This document shows positions 10,298 to 20,523 of a DNA stretch of 64,000 bases, piece after piece. Position 1 is the stretch's first letter. Every line of letters begins with the position of its first letter. The position numbers and the translations under genes are program-made. Origin of the DNA: Candidatus Sericytochromatia bacterium (lineage in GTDB: Bacteria; Cyanobacteriota; Sericytochromatia; S15B-MN24; JAQBPE01); contig JAYKHR010000155.1 in the NCBI GenBank assembly GCA_035285125.1, positions 49,323-113,322 on the forward strand, given 5' to 3'. The notes under the pieces are model-generated. The model did no database searches, was not told where the DNA came from, and worked only from the letters and a program-made list of their open reading frames with translations.

Positions 10298-10828
10298 GTG
10301 CGGTTGCCACTCCATCGGGACAGGGACGGCCGGGTGGTCTACGACTACCCCTGCCTGCTGGTGGTCGACCCGCTCTCCGACCAGGGGCGGCTGTACGCCG
10401 ACGCGGAGGCCGCCGCGGCAGAGTTCCAGCACGACGACCTCATGGCGGGCGTGACGCCCGAGACCGTCACGGCCATGCTGGCCGGCCGAGGCTGGCGGCT
10501 GCACTTCCTGCGATCGGACGCCGACCTCGCAGACGAGGTGCGGCGCCACCTGGCGCTCTCGGAGGGGGAGCTGCAAGAGACGCTGGCAGCCCGGTGGCTC
10601 CAGCAGGACTTTGCCTTCCCCGGCGCGGAGCATGTCGTCTGGGAGCGCACGACGACGCGGCTGTACACGGACGGCGAGCGCGTCGTGTGCGAGGGGCACG
10701 TCATCGCGCTGACCCCCGACGCCCCGGCAGAGGCCACGGCCAGCGTGGCTGCCTGGCTGGACGCGTTCGCGACCGACGTGGCCCGCGAGTTGCGGGCGCC
10801 GCTGGCGTTCGTGCCGCCGAGGGGCTGA
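10298..10828 (+). CDS. Hypothetical protein
   Basis: 176-aa ORF with normal composition; GAGGGA RBS; divergent from metG. Confidence 0.7.
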   Translation: MRLPLHRDRDGRVVYDYPCLLVVDPLSDQGRLYADAEAAAAEFQHDDLMAGVTPETVTAMLAGRGWRLHFLRSDADLADEVRRHLALSEGELQETLAARWLQQDFAFPGAEHVVWERTTTRLYTDGERVVCEGHVIALTPDAPAEATASVAAWLDAFATDVARELRAPLAFVPPRG

Positions 10829-10837
10829 AAGGAGAAG

Positions 10838-10856
10838 GCCCCGGCAAGGCCGGGGC
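10838..10856. terminator. Hairpin between convergent genes
   Basis: GCCCCGGC-AAG-GCCGGGGC. Confidence 0.6.
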
Positions 10857-10862
10857 GTGAAG

Positions 10863-12020
10863 TCAGTGGGCCGTGACGGCCGCCGGGATGCCCTGCGTCT
10901 GCAGGCTGCGCATCGCGGCAGCCGCCGCGTAGCGGTTCTTGTAGGCCCCGACGTAGACGCGCGTCATGCCGACGCCGTGCCCGACGTATGCCGGAATGCC
11001 CTGCGAGCGCAGCTGGCTGACGAGCGACTGGGCGTTTCCGGGGTTGGCGAAGCTGCCCACCTGCACGCCGTAGCGGCCGCGCGCGGCCGCGTGGCGGTGG
11101 CTGGCAGCCCTGGGGTGGTGGGCCGCGCCGGCCTGGCCTCCACCCCAGGGGATGTAGGCCGACTGGCCGGAGATCCACCCCGTGCCGCGGCTGTAGGCCG
11201 GAGCAGCCTGGTAGCGGGCGTGCCAGGTGCGGCTGGCCTTGGAATGACGGCCCTGAGCATAGGAGCCGCGGCCGTGACGCTTCCGGTAGGCAGCCAGACG
11301 TTGAGCGCGAACCTTTCGGAGGTGGGCCTGACGCTGGGCCCACTTGGATGGGGCCGTCCCCGCTGCCACCTGCGGCCGGGCCTTCTTCGCGGCCTTCACG
11401 GGCGGCTTCGGCGCCACGACGGCCTCAGGCTGGACCCAGCCGTCCTCGCCGGGTTGGCTGGGCTTGAGCACCTCCGGATCGGGCGTCGGGACCTTGAACT
11501 TGCGCGGCAACGGTTTCGGGGCCTCTGCGCCCTCAGGCTGGCCCTCGGCGGGCTTGTCGGCAGGCTTGTCCGCGGGCGGTTCGGCAGGCTTGCCGGCCGG
11601 CTTGTCGCCTGGAGCCGCCGCCTGCTCCACGGGCTTGGTGTCGCCCGGCGGCGGCGGGGCGGCCTCGCCGGGGGGTGGGGCCGCGGGGGCGGCAGCCTCC
11701 GTGCCGTCGCCACCGAAGTACGAGTTGACGATCTCGTTCATGGCCTCCGGGGCGAGCAGGGTCGCCGCGTAGTAGCCGCCGAGGCCGACAACGCCGACGC
11801 CGGCTAACGCCATGAGGGCGACGCGAACCGCGTTGCCACCGCCATTCTTGGCCGGCTTGGCGCCGTCTTCGTCGCCACCTTCGTCGTCGTCTTCGTAGTC
11901 GTCGTCGTCGTCGCCGGCGTCGCCGTCGTCTTCTTCGCCGTAGTACTCATCCTGGTCCTCGTCGTACTCAGGCATCTCACTGCGGAACTCTTGCGGCTCC
12001 TGCCGGCGGTTGAAAAACAC
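10863..12020 (-). CDS. SPOR-domain membrane protein (acidic N-terminus, one TM helix, Pro/Lys/Arg-rich linker)
   Basis: C-terminal YGVQVGSF..PGNA...RVYVGAY; GTG start after AGGAGG. Confidence 0.85.
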   Translation of the reverse strand: MFFNRRQEPQEFRSEMPEYDEDQDEYYGEEDDGDAGDDDDDYEDDDEGGDEDGAKPAKNGGGNAVRVALMALAGVGVVGLGGYYAATLLAPEAMNEIVNSYFGGDGTEAAAPAAPPPGEAAPPPPGDTKPVEQAAAPGDKPAGKPAEPPADKPADKPAEGQPEGAEAPKPLPRKFKVPTPDPEVLKPSQPGEDGWVQPEAVVAPKPPVKAAKKARPQVAAGTAPSKWAQRQAHLRKVRAQRLAAYRKRHGRGSYAQGRHSKASRTWHARYQAAPAYSRGTGWISGQSAYIPWGGGQAGAAHHPRAASHRHAAARGRYGVQVGSFANPGNAQSLVSQLRSQGIPAYVGHGVGMTRVYVGAYKNRYAAAAAMRSLQTQGIPAAVTAH

Positions 12021-12241
12021 GAGGGGCCTCCTGTGACACGCCCTGTCCGGCGCCTGCGGGCACGGCGACGGAGCCGGAACGCTCCGCGTCGGTGGGGGGC
12101 ACCCACGAGGCGGGCGCACCGTGACGGATTATACCCCGTCGCTGCTGCGTCTGCCTGCGCCGCCCCCGCAAAAAGTGGGCGAGGCTCCGCCTGCCGCCGC
12201 CGTTATGTTACGATGCAGGCAGCTCCCCAGCGCGTGCCCCG

Positions 12242-13054
12242 ATGCTGTCCACTTCGCCCATCGCCCTGTACGACTCCGGCCTCGGAGGCCTCTCCGTCTT
12301 CCGTGCTCTGGCCGCCCGGCTGCCAGCCGAGTCCCTGCTCTATTTCGGAGACACGGCGCGCGTGCCCTATGGCCCGCGCCAAGCCGCGGAGATCCTCGCC
12401 TTCAACGAGGAGGTCGCCGGCCTGCTGGTGGCGGCAGGCGCGAAGGCCCTCGTCGTGGCCTGCAACACCTCCTCCGCCATTGCCCTCCCCGTGCTTGGTC
12501 CGACGAGCCCCGTCCCGATGGTGGGCCTGATCGAGGCCGGCGCGCAGGCCGCCATCGAGGCGGCTGGCGGGGGGCCCATCGCAGTGATCGCCACGCAGGC
12601 CACCGTGCGCAGCGGCGCCTACGGCCGGGCCATCACCGCCCGCGCGCCGGGCACCCCCGTCGTCGAGCTCGCCTGCCCCACCCTCGTGCCGCTGGTGGAG
12701 GCTGGCGACTGGAGCGGGCCCGCCGCCGTGGAGGCCGTCCACGCGGCCCTCGCCCCCCTCGTCGCGGCGCCCCCCGCGGCCCTCGTGCTCGGCTGCACGC
12801 ACTACCCCCACCTCACGGCGGCGGTCGCCGAGGTGCTGCCTGGCGTGACCCTCGTCGACCCCGCCACGCGCGTGGCCGACACCGTCGCAGCGCTGCTGGG
12901 GGAGGCCGGGGGCCTCGCGCCCGAGGGCACCAGGCCCGTGCATCGCCTCTGGGTGAGCGGCGATCCGGCCACATTCCTGCTGAGCGCCAGGCGACTGGTT
13001 GCCGGCCTGCCCGAGTCCGCCACCCTCGTCCCGGTGGCGCAACCCGTCCCTTGA
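12242..13054 (+). CDS. murI: Glutamate racemase
   Basis: DSGLGGLSV, VACNT, LGCTHYP. Confidence 0.96.
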   Translation: MLSTSPIALYDSGLGGLSVFRALAARLPAESLLYFGDTARVPYGPRQAAEILAFNEEVAGLLVAAGAKALVVACNTSSAIALPVLGPTSPVPMVGLIEAGAQAAIEAAGGGPIAVIATQATVRSGAYGRAITARAPGTPVVELACPTLVPLVEAGDWSGPAAVEAVHAALAPLVAAPPAALVLGCTHYPHLTAAVAEVLPGVTLVDPATRVADTVAALLGEAGGLAPEGTRPVHRLWVSGDPATFLLSARRLVAGLPESATLVPVAQPVP

Positions 13055-13158
13055 GGCCTTGCCCGGCCCTGGGTGGGTGCCGAGGGCCGTTCGGCGGGTA
13101 TAACGCCTGCGTCCTGCGAGGTGCGGCTGCACCCCGCCCCGAGCCCCGGAGTCCCCGC

Positions 13159-14577
13159 TTGAACACCCCTCGCTTGCTCGTCGGCGCCCTCGTCGCCCCC
13201 TTCACGGCCGCGGCCCTGGCGGGCTGCCCGATGCAGCCCGTCATCTTCCAGATCAACCTGGAGAACCCCAACCTGCGCGTCGGCGAGAAGACGATGCTGC
13301 GGCTCGAGGCGCAGGTTGGCTGGTTCCGCCAGCCGTTTTTCTACTACCGGGCTGAGCGCGGCCGGCTGTCGAGCCTCTCGGGCGAGACGGCGCCGCAAGG
13401 CGGCTTCTTGCGGGCCACGAACCAGGTCTGGTACCACGCGCCCTACACCGCCAGCTTCCCGTCGGCCGAGGGCCTGCGGCAGAACGACACGATCGAGATC
13501 ATCGCCCAGGACGGCCCCTTCACCACGAGGACCTCGCGCAGCGTCACCATCACGGGCTCGACGGTGGTCTTCGCGAGCAGCGAGGGCGGCCCCAACGGCA
13601 CCATCATGACGGCGATCGACTCGGGTGGTGGCCAGATGCAAAGCCAGCCTCAGCCGCTCACGGACCTGACGCAGAAGCCCCTCAAGGGGGCCTCCCCCGT
13701 CATCAGCCCGAACGGCGAGCGCATCGCCTTCGTGGTCTACCCGGGCGACGGCACCAGCAAAATCGCGATGCGCGACGCGGCCGGGCAGGTGCTGTACCTG
13801 ACCAACTTCCAGCGCGGCCTCGCCCTTGACCCCGCCTGGAGCCCGGACGGGAACTTCATGCTGTTCGCGAGCAACCACGCCGACGACTCTGCGGGCACCT
13901 TCGACATCTACATGATGAATGTCGACCAGAACGGGGGCGGCGGGCGGGCCATCACGCGGCTGACGACCAACACCTGGGACGAGCGGCACCCGGCTTGGAA
14001 CCCGGTCCCGACGGCGTCCGAAGACCGCATCATCGCGGTCGCAGCGCGCCGCAACAACGTGAACACGCCTGGGGACCGCACGCAAAACTGGAACATCTTC
14101 CTGATGAACCGGCAGGGCCTCTACACCCGGTCCGTCAGCGACATGCAGGGCGATGGCAGCAACTGGGCCATCGAGCCCACGTGGCACCCGAACGGCCAGC
14201 TGCTGGCCTACACGCGGTTCGGGCCCGTCGTGAACTACCAGTCGAGCGCCAACAAGTTCCAGCGCATCTTTGTGCAGGACCTGACGCAAAGCCCGGCAGT
14301 CATCCCGCTGAACATCTCCAACACGGACCCCAACGGCCGCGAGAGCTCGCCCGTGTGGTCGACGGACCGGCTGAACACCTTGTACTTCCTGCGCACGGAG
14401 GCGAACGCCCCGAACATCTCGCGCGTGTACCAGACGCAGTACCTGCCGGGCAACGTGGGCGGCAACTCCTTCCCGCCACAGCTCGTGGCCCCGTTCCAGA
14501 GCCTGGGCCTGCCGCTGACGATCGTCGGTGGCACGAACCGGGACATCTCTGGCTATCACCCCATCGACTGGCGCTGA
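13159..14577 (+). CDS. TolB-like PD40 beta-propeller lipoprotein
   Basis: Lipobox LAGC; repeats SPVISPNG, DPAWSPDG, HPAWNP, EPTWHPNG, SPVWS. Confidence 0.82.
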   Translation: MNTPRLLVGALVAPFTAAALAGCPMQPVIFQINLENPNLRVGEKTMLRLEAQVGWFRQPFFYYRAERGRLSSLSGETAPQGGFLRATNQVWYHAPYTASFPSAEGLRQNDTIEIIAQDGPFTTRTSRSVTITGSTVVFASSEGGPNGTIMTAIDSGGGQMQSQPQPLTDLTQKPLKGASPVISPNGERIAFVVYPGDGTSKIAMRDAAGQVLYLTNFQRGLALDPAWSPDGNFMLFASNHADDSAGTFDIYMMNVDQNGGGGRAITRLTTNTWDERHPAWNPVPTASEDRIIAVAARRNNVNTPGDRTQNWNIFLMNRQGLYTRSVSDMQGDGSNWAIEPTWHPNGQLLAYTRFGPVVNYQSSANKFQRIFVQDLTQSPAVIPLNISNTDPNGRESSPVWSTDRLNTLYFLRTEANAPNISRVYQTQYLPGNVGGNSFPPQLVAPFQSLGLPLTIVGGTNRDISGYHPIDWR

Positions 14578-14601
14578 ACGCCGCCCTGGAAAGGACCCCG
14601 C

Positions 14602-16116
14602 GTGCTCCGTCACCTCGCCCAGACGTGTCTGGCCGCCGCCCTGATCGTGGCAGGGCCCGTCACCCTCCCGGCCCAAGCTGCGCCAGAGGCGCTGACCATT
14701 CTGCACACCAACGACACACACGACCACCTCGAGGCCTTCGACGTGAGCGGCCAGAAGGACATTGGCGGCATCGCCCGCCGCGCCACGCTTTTCAGGCGCA
14801 TTCGCAAGGAAACACCCGCGACGCTGGTGCTCGACGCCGGGGACGTCTTTCAGGGCACGCCGCTGTTCAACTTCTATTCGGGCGAGCCCGACTACCTCAC
14901 GATGGCGCAGGCCGGCTATGACGCCGTCACCGTGGGCAACCACGACCTGGACAACGGGCTGGACAACCTGCGACTGCAGGCTGAGCACCTGGGGAAAGGC
15001 CGCGGCCCGATTTCAGCCAACATGCGGGACGACCGAGGCAAGCCGCTCTTCGAGAGCCACCGCGTGCTGACGGTCGGGAAGCTGAAGGTCGCCGTGATCG
15101 GCGCGCTCGGGGTGGAGGCCTTCCACGCCGTCGCCGAGCCCCGTCGCCGGGGCGTCCAGGTCAACGACCCGCTGCAGGCGCTCCGGCCGCTGATCCAGAA
15201 GCTCCGGCCGACCGTCGACCTCGTGGTCTTGCTGACGCACATCGGCCACGAGGCGGAGGTGGAGCTCGCCCAGGCGCTGCCGGAGGTGGACCTGATCGTC
15301 GGCGGCCACAGCCACACCAAGGTCGAGGCCCCCGTGGTCGTCAAGCACCCCGGCCGGAACACCCTCGTCGTGCAGGCCTTCCAGTGGGGCCAGTTCGTGG
15401 GCCGGCTCGACCTGCAGGTGGAAGGCCGCAAAATCGTGAGCCACCGCGGCCAGCTGCTGCCCGTGTCCACCGACATCCAGCCCGACCCGGGCGTGGCTGC
15501 AACCGTGTCACGCTACGCGGACCGCATCGCCATCGAGATGCGCCAGGTGGTCGGTCGGGCCGAGGTGGAATTCCCCAACAACCGGAAGCGCGAAGGCGAC
15601 ACCCCCCTGGGCAACCTCGTGGCAGACGTCATGCGCGAGTCGATGGGGGCCGACGTCGGGATCATGAACTCGGGGGGAATCCGGGCGGCCCTGCCGAAGG
15701 GCGACCTCACGCGCGGCATGGTGTTCTCGATGCTGCCCTTCGAGAACTATCTGGTGACCTTCTCGTGCAGCGGGGTCGAGCTCCAGCGCATCCTGGACTT
15801 CGCCGCCAGCCGCTACGGCAAGTCCGGCAGCCTGCAGGTCTCGGGCGTGCGTTACGTCGTCGACGGGGAGCGGGCCACGGAGGTCGTGGTGGGCGACAAG
15901 CCCCTGGACCTCGCGGCACAGTACCGTGTGACGACCAACGACTACATCGCGCAGGGGAATGACGGGGCCGACGTGTTCCGCGCGATCACGGGGGTGGGCA
16001 ACACGGGGGTGCTGATGCGCGACGCGTTCCTGCAGCGGCTCCTCCGCAACCCGGTGCTGACGATGCCAGCTGGCGGCCGCATCCGGAAGCGCGAGGCGGT
16101 GCCGGCCGCCCCCTGA
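14602..16116 (+). CDS. Bifunctional metallophosphatase/5'-nucleotidase
   Basis: HTNDTH, DAGD, GNHD, GGHSH, NSGGIR, LPFEN; signal peptide. Confidence 0.93.
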   Translation: MLRHLAQTCLAAALIVAGPVTLPAQAAPEALTILHTNDTHDHLEAFDVSGQKDIGGIARRATLFRRIRKETPATLVLDAGDVFQGTPLFNFYSGEPDYLTMAQAGYDAVTVGNHDLDNGLDNLRLQAEHLGKGRGPISANMRDDRGKPLFESHRVLTVGKLKVAVIGALGVEAFHAVAEPRRRGVQVNDPLQALRPLIQKLRPTVDLVVLLTHIGHEAEVELAQALPEVDLIVGGHSHTKVEAPVVVKHPGRNTLVVQAFQWGQFVGRLDLQVEGRKIVSHRGQLLPVSTDIQPDPGVAATVSRYADRIAIEMRQVVGRAEVEFPNNRKREGDTPLGNLVADVMRESMGADVGIMNSGGIRAALPKGDLTRGMVFSMLPFENYLVTFSCSGVELQRILDFAASRYGKSGSLQVSGVRYVVDGERATEVVVGDKPLDLAAQYRVTTNDYIAQGNDGADVFRAITGVGNTGVLMRDAFLQRLLRNPVLTMPAGGRIRKREAVPAAP

Positions 16117-16120
16117 GCCG

Positions 16121-17530
16121 TCAGGGGGTGGGCGGCTCGGCTGGAGGCTGTTCGGCAGCCTGTCGCGCGGCCGGCTTCCAGGCGCCTGCCGCCTTGCGAG
16201 AGGCCTTGCGGGCCTTGCCCTTGGCTTTCTGACGGGCCGTCGGGCCGGCAGCGGCCTTCCGCTTCTTGGGCGGTCGGGCCCCCGTGGCGGCAGCCTCCTG
16301 GGCCTCCGCCCGCTCGGCGTTGCGCGCCCGCTGCTCGCGGGCCTTGCGGGCCTCCCGACGGACGTCCTGCTCCGTGGCGGGCCGCAACTCCCCGAAGATG
16401 TAGACGGGCCGGTCGAAGGTCAGGCCGAGGTCGCGCTCCAGCACTGAGAGAAATCGCTGCTCAGCGGGATCGACCAGGCTGATGGCCGTGCCCTCCCGCC
16501 CCATCCGGGCCGTTCGCCCCACCCGGTGCGTGTAGTCCGCCGCCGTCCGCGGCAGGTCCAGGTTCAGCACCAGGCTCACGCCACCCAGGTCCAGCCCGCG
16601 GGCCGCGAGCTCGGTCGCGACCAGCACCTGCAGCTTGCCCGCCCGGAAGGCCCGCATCGCCTCGGCCCGGGCCAGCTTGTTCATGCCCGCGTGAAGCCCC
16701 GCGGCCCGCACCCCGTGGTGCACCAGCTTGGCCACGAGCCAGTCGATGTCGGCAGCCCGGTTGAAAAAGGCGATCGCCCCCGTGGGCGCCAGGTGCGCGA
16801 CGAGCTTCCGCAGCATGGGCAGCTGGTCCCGCTCATCGACGAGCAGCACCTGGTGGCGCAGCGTCGCGGGCAGGGTGAGGTCGGCCGCCGCGCGCAGCGT
16901 GGTGGGCGCGCGCATCAGGCCCTCGGCCCAGCGGGCGGCGTCGTCGGCGATGGTGGCCGAGGCCCCGACCACCTGCCGCGAGCCGGGCGTCCCCATCACG
17001 ATGGCCGACGCATCGCCCCGGTGGGCGGGCTCGGCAAGGCGATCGACCTCGTCGAGCACCACGGCCCGACAGGCCGCGAGCGAGACCGCCCCACGCCCCA
17101 GCATATCTGTGACGCGTCCCGGCGTCCCGACCAGCACGTCGGCGCCCCGCTTCAAGGCCTCCACCTGGCGGGCGGGGTTCGCCCCGCCGATGACGGCCAC
17201 GACCCGCTGCTCCGTGCCCTCAAGCAACCTGCGCGCCACCTCCCGGACCTGGATGCCAAGCTCCTGCGTGGGGACGAGGACCACCAGGCGAGGCGTGGCG
17301 GGCCGTCCAGGGGCCGGCGGGGGAGGCACAGGGCCCGTGAGGCGGGCCAGCAAGGGCAACACGTAGGCGAGCGTCTTGCCGCTGCCCGTCTGGGCGGCCA
17401 GCAGCGCATCCTTGCCCGTCAGCAGCACCGGCAAAGCCAGCGCCTGGATGGGAGACGGCACCCGAATGCCGTCAGCCGCAAGCCGCTCCGCATAGGCCGG
17501 CACCATGGAGAAGTCCGTCAGCTCGCTCAT
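16121..17530 (-). CDS. DEAD-box-family RNA helicase (motif II DEVD) with basic C-terminal tail
   Basis: Q motif PSPIQ, AQTGSGKT, PTQEL, TPGR, DEVD, SAT, ARGLD, HRVGRTAR. Confidence 0.93.
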   Translation of the reverse strand: MSELTDFSMVPAYAERLAADGIRVPSPIQALALPVLLTGKDALLAAQTGSGKTLAYVLPLLARLTGPVPPPPAPGRPATPRLVVLVPTQELGIQVREVARRLLEGTEQRVVAVIGGANPARQVEALKRGADVLVGTPGRVTDMLGRGAVSLAACRAVVLDEVDRLAEPAHRGDASAIVMGTPGSRQVVGASATIADDAARWAEGLMRAPTTLRAAADLTLPATLRHQVLLVDERDQLPMLRKLVAHLAPTGAIAFFNRAADIDWLVAKLVHHGVRAAGLHAGMNKLARAEAMRAFRAGKLQVLVATELAARGLDLGGVSLVLNLDLPRTAADYTHRVGRTARMGREGTAISLVDPAEQRFLSVLERDLGLTFDRPVYIFGELRPATEQDVRREARKAREQRARNAERAEAQEAAATGARPPKKRKAAAGPTARQKAKGKARKASRKAAGAWKPAARQAAEQPPAEPPTP

Positions 17531-17587
17531 GGGCTGCATCGTACCACGCCATGCAGACGGGCCTCACGGGGCCGTACAATGGGCGCC

Positions 17588-18784
17588 ATGCCCCAGCTTC
17601 CCGCCCCCCGCAGCGAGCCGGACCCACCAGGTGCCCCGGTGCCTCCCGAGGTGGCCCGGTTGCTTACCCCGGAGCCTGCCCTGGCAAGGCGCAGCGGGGG
17701 GCGCGATCGCTCCCTCGACATGCTGAGGGGGGCCGCCGTGGTCGTGATGGTGGTGGACCACCTTGTCGGCCATTCCTGGCTGCACCAGGCCACCCTTGGC
17801 ACGCTTTACGTCACGGCGGCCGAGGGCTTCGTGTTCTGCTCGGGGCTGGCGCTCGGCCAGCGCTGCGCCCAGCGCCTGGCCCGGAGCGGCCTCGGGGGCG
17901 TCGCGACGGCGGCCTGGCGGCGGGCGTTGCTGCTGTGGGGCTGCGCCTCGGTGCTGCTGGTGGCGGTGGGCACGCTGGCCTGGGCGGTGCCGGGGGCCGG
18001 CCGGCCCGTCTTCGAGGCCCCGCCGCCGGGCCTTCTCCAGCTGTGGGTGGGGGCGCTGACGCTGCAACTCGCCCCACCGCTGCTCGACATCTTGCCAATG
18101 TACGTCGGGTTTCTGGCCCTCACGCCCTTCCTGGCCGCGCTGGCGGCGCGGGGCGCCTGGCCGATCGCCCTGGGACTGTCCGCCCTCGCCTGGGGCGTGA
18201 ACTGGCTGGAGCCCTACGCGCTGAGCACGCCGCCGCTGGACCGGGACGGCCGAACCTACTTCCCCCTCGCCTCCTGGCAGGTGCTCTTCGTCGTGACCTT
18301 CCTCGCAGGCTGGCACCGGGAGCAGCTCACCCGGGCGTGGGCCTGGGTGCCGCCCGTGGGCTGGGCCCTCAGCGGCGGGTTGATCACCGTCGCGCTGGCC
18401 GTGGCCGCCGGCCACGACGCAACGCTCGGCGCCTGGCCGGCGACGTCCCCGGAGCGAGCCTCCTGGCTGGCCGCCACCGACCGCAGCTTGCTCGGGCCTT
18501 TGCGCCTGATGGCCGTCGCGGCCTTCTTCCCTCTCGCGTGGCGGGGCCTCGAGGTCGGGGGCGAGCGGCTGGCGGCCTGGCTGGGACCCGCGCTGCTGCC
18601 ACTCGGGCGTCACGCCCTGTATGCCTACTTGATGCACATCCCGCTGGTGCTCGGCTGGACGGCCTGGGTGGCGCCCCGCCTCGGTGGCCAGGCCTGGCTC
18701 GCGACGCTCGGGCAACTCGCCGTGGTCGCAGCCCTGATCGCGATGGTCCGGCGGCGGTGGCTCTTCACCTGGGTGCCAAGCTAG
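17588..18784 (+). CDS. OpgC-family membrane acyltransferase
   Basis: RDRSLDMLRG, DH, TAAEGFVFCSG, LDILPMY, SWQ, LGRHALYAY. Confidence 0.85.
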   Translation: MPQLPAPRSEPDPPGAPVPPEVARLLTPEPALARRSGGRDRSLDMLRGAAVVVMVVDHLVGHSWLHQATLGTLYVTAAEGFVFCSGLALGQRCAQRLARSGLGGVATAAWRRALLLWGCASVLLVAVGTLAWAVPGAGRPVFEAPPPGLLQLWVGALTLQLAPPLLDILPMYVGFLALTPFLAALAARGAWPIALGLSALAWGVNWLEPYALSTPPLDRDGRTYFPLASWQVLFVVTFLAGWHREQLTRAWAWVPPVGWALSGGLITVALAVAAGHDATLGAWPATSPERASWLAATDRSLLGPLRLMAVAAFFPLAWRGLEVGGERLAAWLGPALLPLGRHALYAYLMHIPLVLGWTAWVAPRLGGQAWLATLGQLAVVAALIAMVRRRWLFTWVPS

Positions 18785-18954
18785 GGACCAGCCACCACGT
18801 CAGCACCGCGACCACCGAGAAGCTGCCCCAATCGCTGCCAACCCACAGGGGGCACCGAGACCGTCAAAGAGCTGCCCCAAGCCCCTCCGATTCCGACCGT
18901 CGGTAGGGCGACCGCGAGGGAGCGGCCCCGAAACACCCCGACTCACAGGCAACG

Positions 18955-18980
18955 AAAAAAGGGCCGCCCGAAGGCGGCCC
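18955..18980 (-). terminator. Rho-independent terminator of the S8 protease gene
   Basis: GGGCCGCC-TTCG-GGCGGCCC followed by T6 on the minus strand. Confidence 0.9.
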
Positions 18981-19002
18981 CCAAGCTGCAAGCAGCAGCC
19001 AA

Positions 19003-20226
19003 CTACTGGGTGATGGCGCGACCGACGTTGATCCGGCCGTGGCCGAAGTACTTGTCGAAGCCCTTGTCGCCGAGGTCGTCGGCGGTCTTCTCGATCCGCT
19101 CCTTGAGCTGGGCAGCCGTGAAGGAGGGGTTGGCGCTCTTCACGAGGGCCGCGAGGCCAGCGGTGTGCGGGCAGGCCATCGAGGTGCCGGACAGGGACCT
19201 GTAGCCGCCACCGGGGACGGTCGACAGGATGTCCGAGCCAGGGGCGCCGACGGAGATGTGCTTGCCGAAGTTGGAGAACGACGAGCGGACATCAGCGCTG
19301 GTGGTCGCACCCACGGCCATCACGCCAGGGGCAGCGGCGGGGTAGCTAGGACGCTCGGAGTTGTCGTTGCCCATCGCGGCCACGACGAGCGAGCCCTTGC
19401 TCATGGCGTTCTTCACGGCGTCGTCGATGACGGCGGAGGACTGCGGGCCACCGAGGCTCATCGAGATGACCTGGCAGCCCTGCTCGCCAGCGTAGATGAT
19501 GCCGTTGGCAACGCCAGCGTAGGAGCCGGAACCCGACTTCGACAGCACCTTCACGGCCACCATCGAGACGTTGGGCGCCACGCCGACCACGCCACCGTTG
19601 TTGATGCCGGCGCCGACGGAGCCCGCGCAGTGGGTGCCGTGGTAGTGGTCGTCGAAGGCGTCGTCGTCGTTGTTGACGAAGTCCTTGCCCTTGGCGACGC
19701 GGCCGCCGAAGTCGGCGTGCTTGTAGTCGATGCCGGTGTCAACCACGCCCACCTTCACGTCGGTGGAGCCCGTCGTGACGGCCCACGCCTTGGCGGCCTC
19801 GGTCTTCTCCATGCCCCACAGCTTGCCAAGCAGGTCGTCGCCGTTCTGGAGGGCGAAGGCCAGGTTCGGGGTGGCGCTGCGGCCGCCGATGATGCGAGCG
19901 ATGTAGTTGGGCTCGGCGTAGGCGACGGTGGGATCCTTGCGGAGGGCGGCGATGGTGGCGGCCGGGTTGGCGGCCTTCACGACGACGGCCTCGATCCGCT
20001 CGACCTTGGAGACGGCCTTGAGGCCCATCTTCTGCAGCACGGACTGGCGGCTGCGGGCGTCGTTGAACTTCACAACGACCTCGCCGGGGACGGCGTTCGC
20101 CATCATGTCGCCAGCGCGCTGGCCGGCGAAGTTGAGGCCGTTCGGCGACATGCCGCAGCCCACGAGGGCAAGGGTGGAGACGGTGGCGGAGGTCAGCAGG
20201 ACGACCTTCTTCGTGCCGTTCATCAT
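19003..20226 (-). CDS. S8 subtilisin/thermitase-like serine protease lipoprotein
   Basis: Lipobox LVGC; catalytic VDTG, HGTH, GTSMA. Confidence 0.95.
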   Translation of the reverse strand: MMNGTKKVVLLTSATVSTLALVGCGMSPNGLNFAGQRAGDMMANAVPGEVVVKFNDARSRQSVLQKMGLKAVSKVERIEAVVVKAANPAATIAALRKDPTVAYAEPNYIARIIGGRSATPNLAFALQNGDDLLGKLWGMEKTEAAKAWAVTTGSTDVKVGVVDTGIDYKHADFGGRVAKGKDFVNNDDDAFDDHYHGTHCAGSVGAGINNGGVVGVAPNVSMVAVKVLSKSGSGSYAGVANGIIYAGEQGCQVISMSLGGPQSSAVIDDAVKNAMSKGSLVVAAMGNDNSERPSYPAAAPGVMAVGATTSADVRSSFSNFGKHISVGAPGSDILSTVPGGGYRSLSGTSMACPHTAGLAALVKSANPSFTAAQLKERIEKTADDLGDKGFDKYFGHGRINVGRAITQ

Positions 20227-20285
20227 CGGTGTCGAATCTCCTCGTGGGCCAGCGTGGCCGTGGGCAACAGCAGTGTTGTACCGGA

Positions 20286-20377
20286 CTTAAGGTTTGGTTA
20301 ACCTTGTTGAACTGACTTTAACACTCCCCAAATCCGGATGCAAGACATCGATCACATATTTAACCACACCTTAAACA
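20286..20377. promoter_or_regulatory. Two TTAA-N7-TTAA direct-repeat boxes (OmpR/PhoB-like) in an AT-rich divergent promoter
   Basis: TTAA at 20287/20298 and 20360/20371, each pair 11 bp apart. Confidence 0.5.
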
Positions 20378-20523
20378 AGAGGAGGGCCTGGGAAATTCCT
20401 TATTATGGCGGATCTGCCACGCGTGCCGCGCGGCCGCCGCTGCGGCGCCTGTAACAGAACGTGCAGGGGGGCGCGTGCTATAATCGCCCCGCTGCGCCCT
20501 TCGCGCCTCGACGCAACACCCCA

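Noticed and set aside
18813..18880. Short direct repeats CACCGAGA and AGCTGCCCCAA
   Set aside because: Two copies each with irregular spacing; no supportable function
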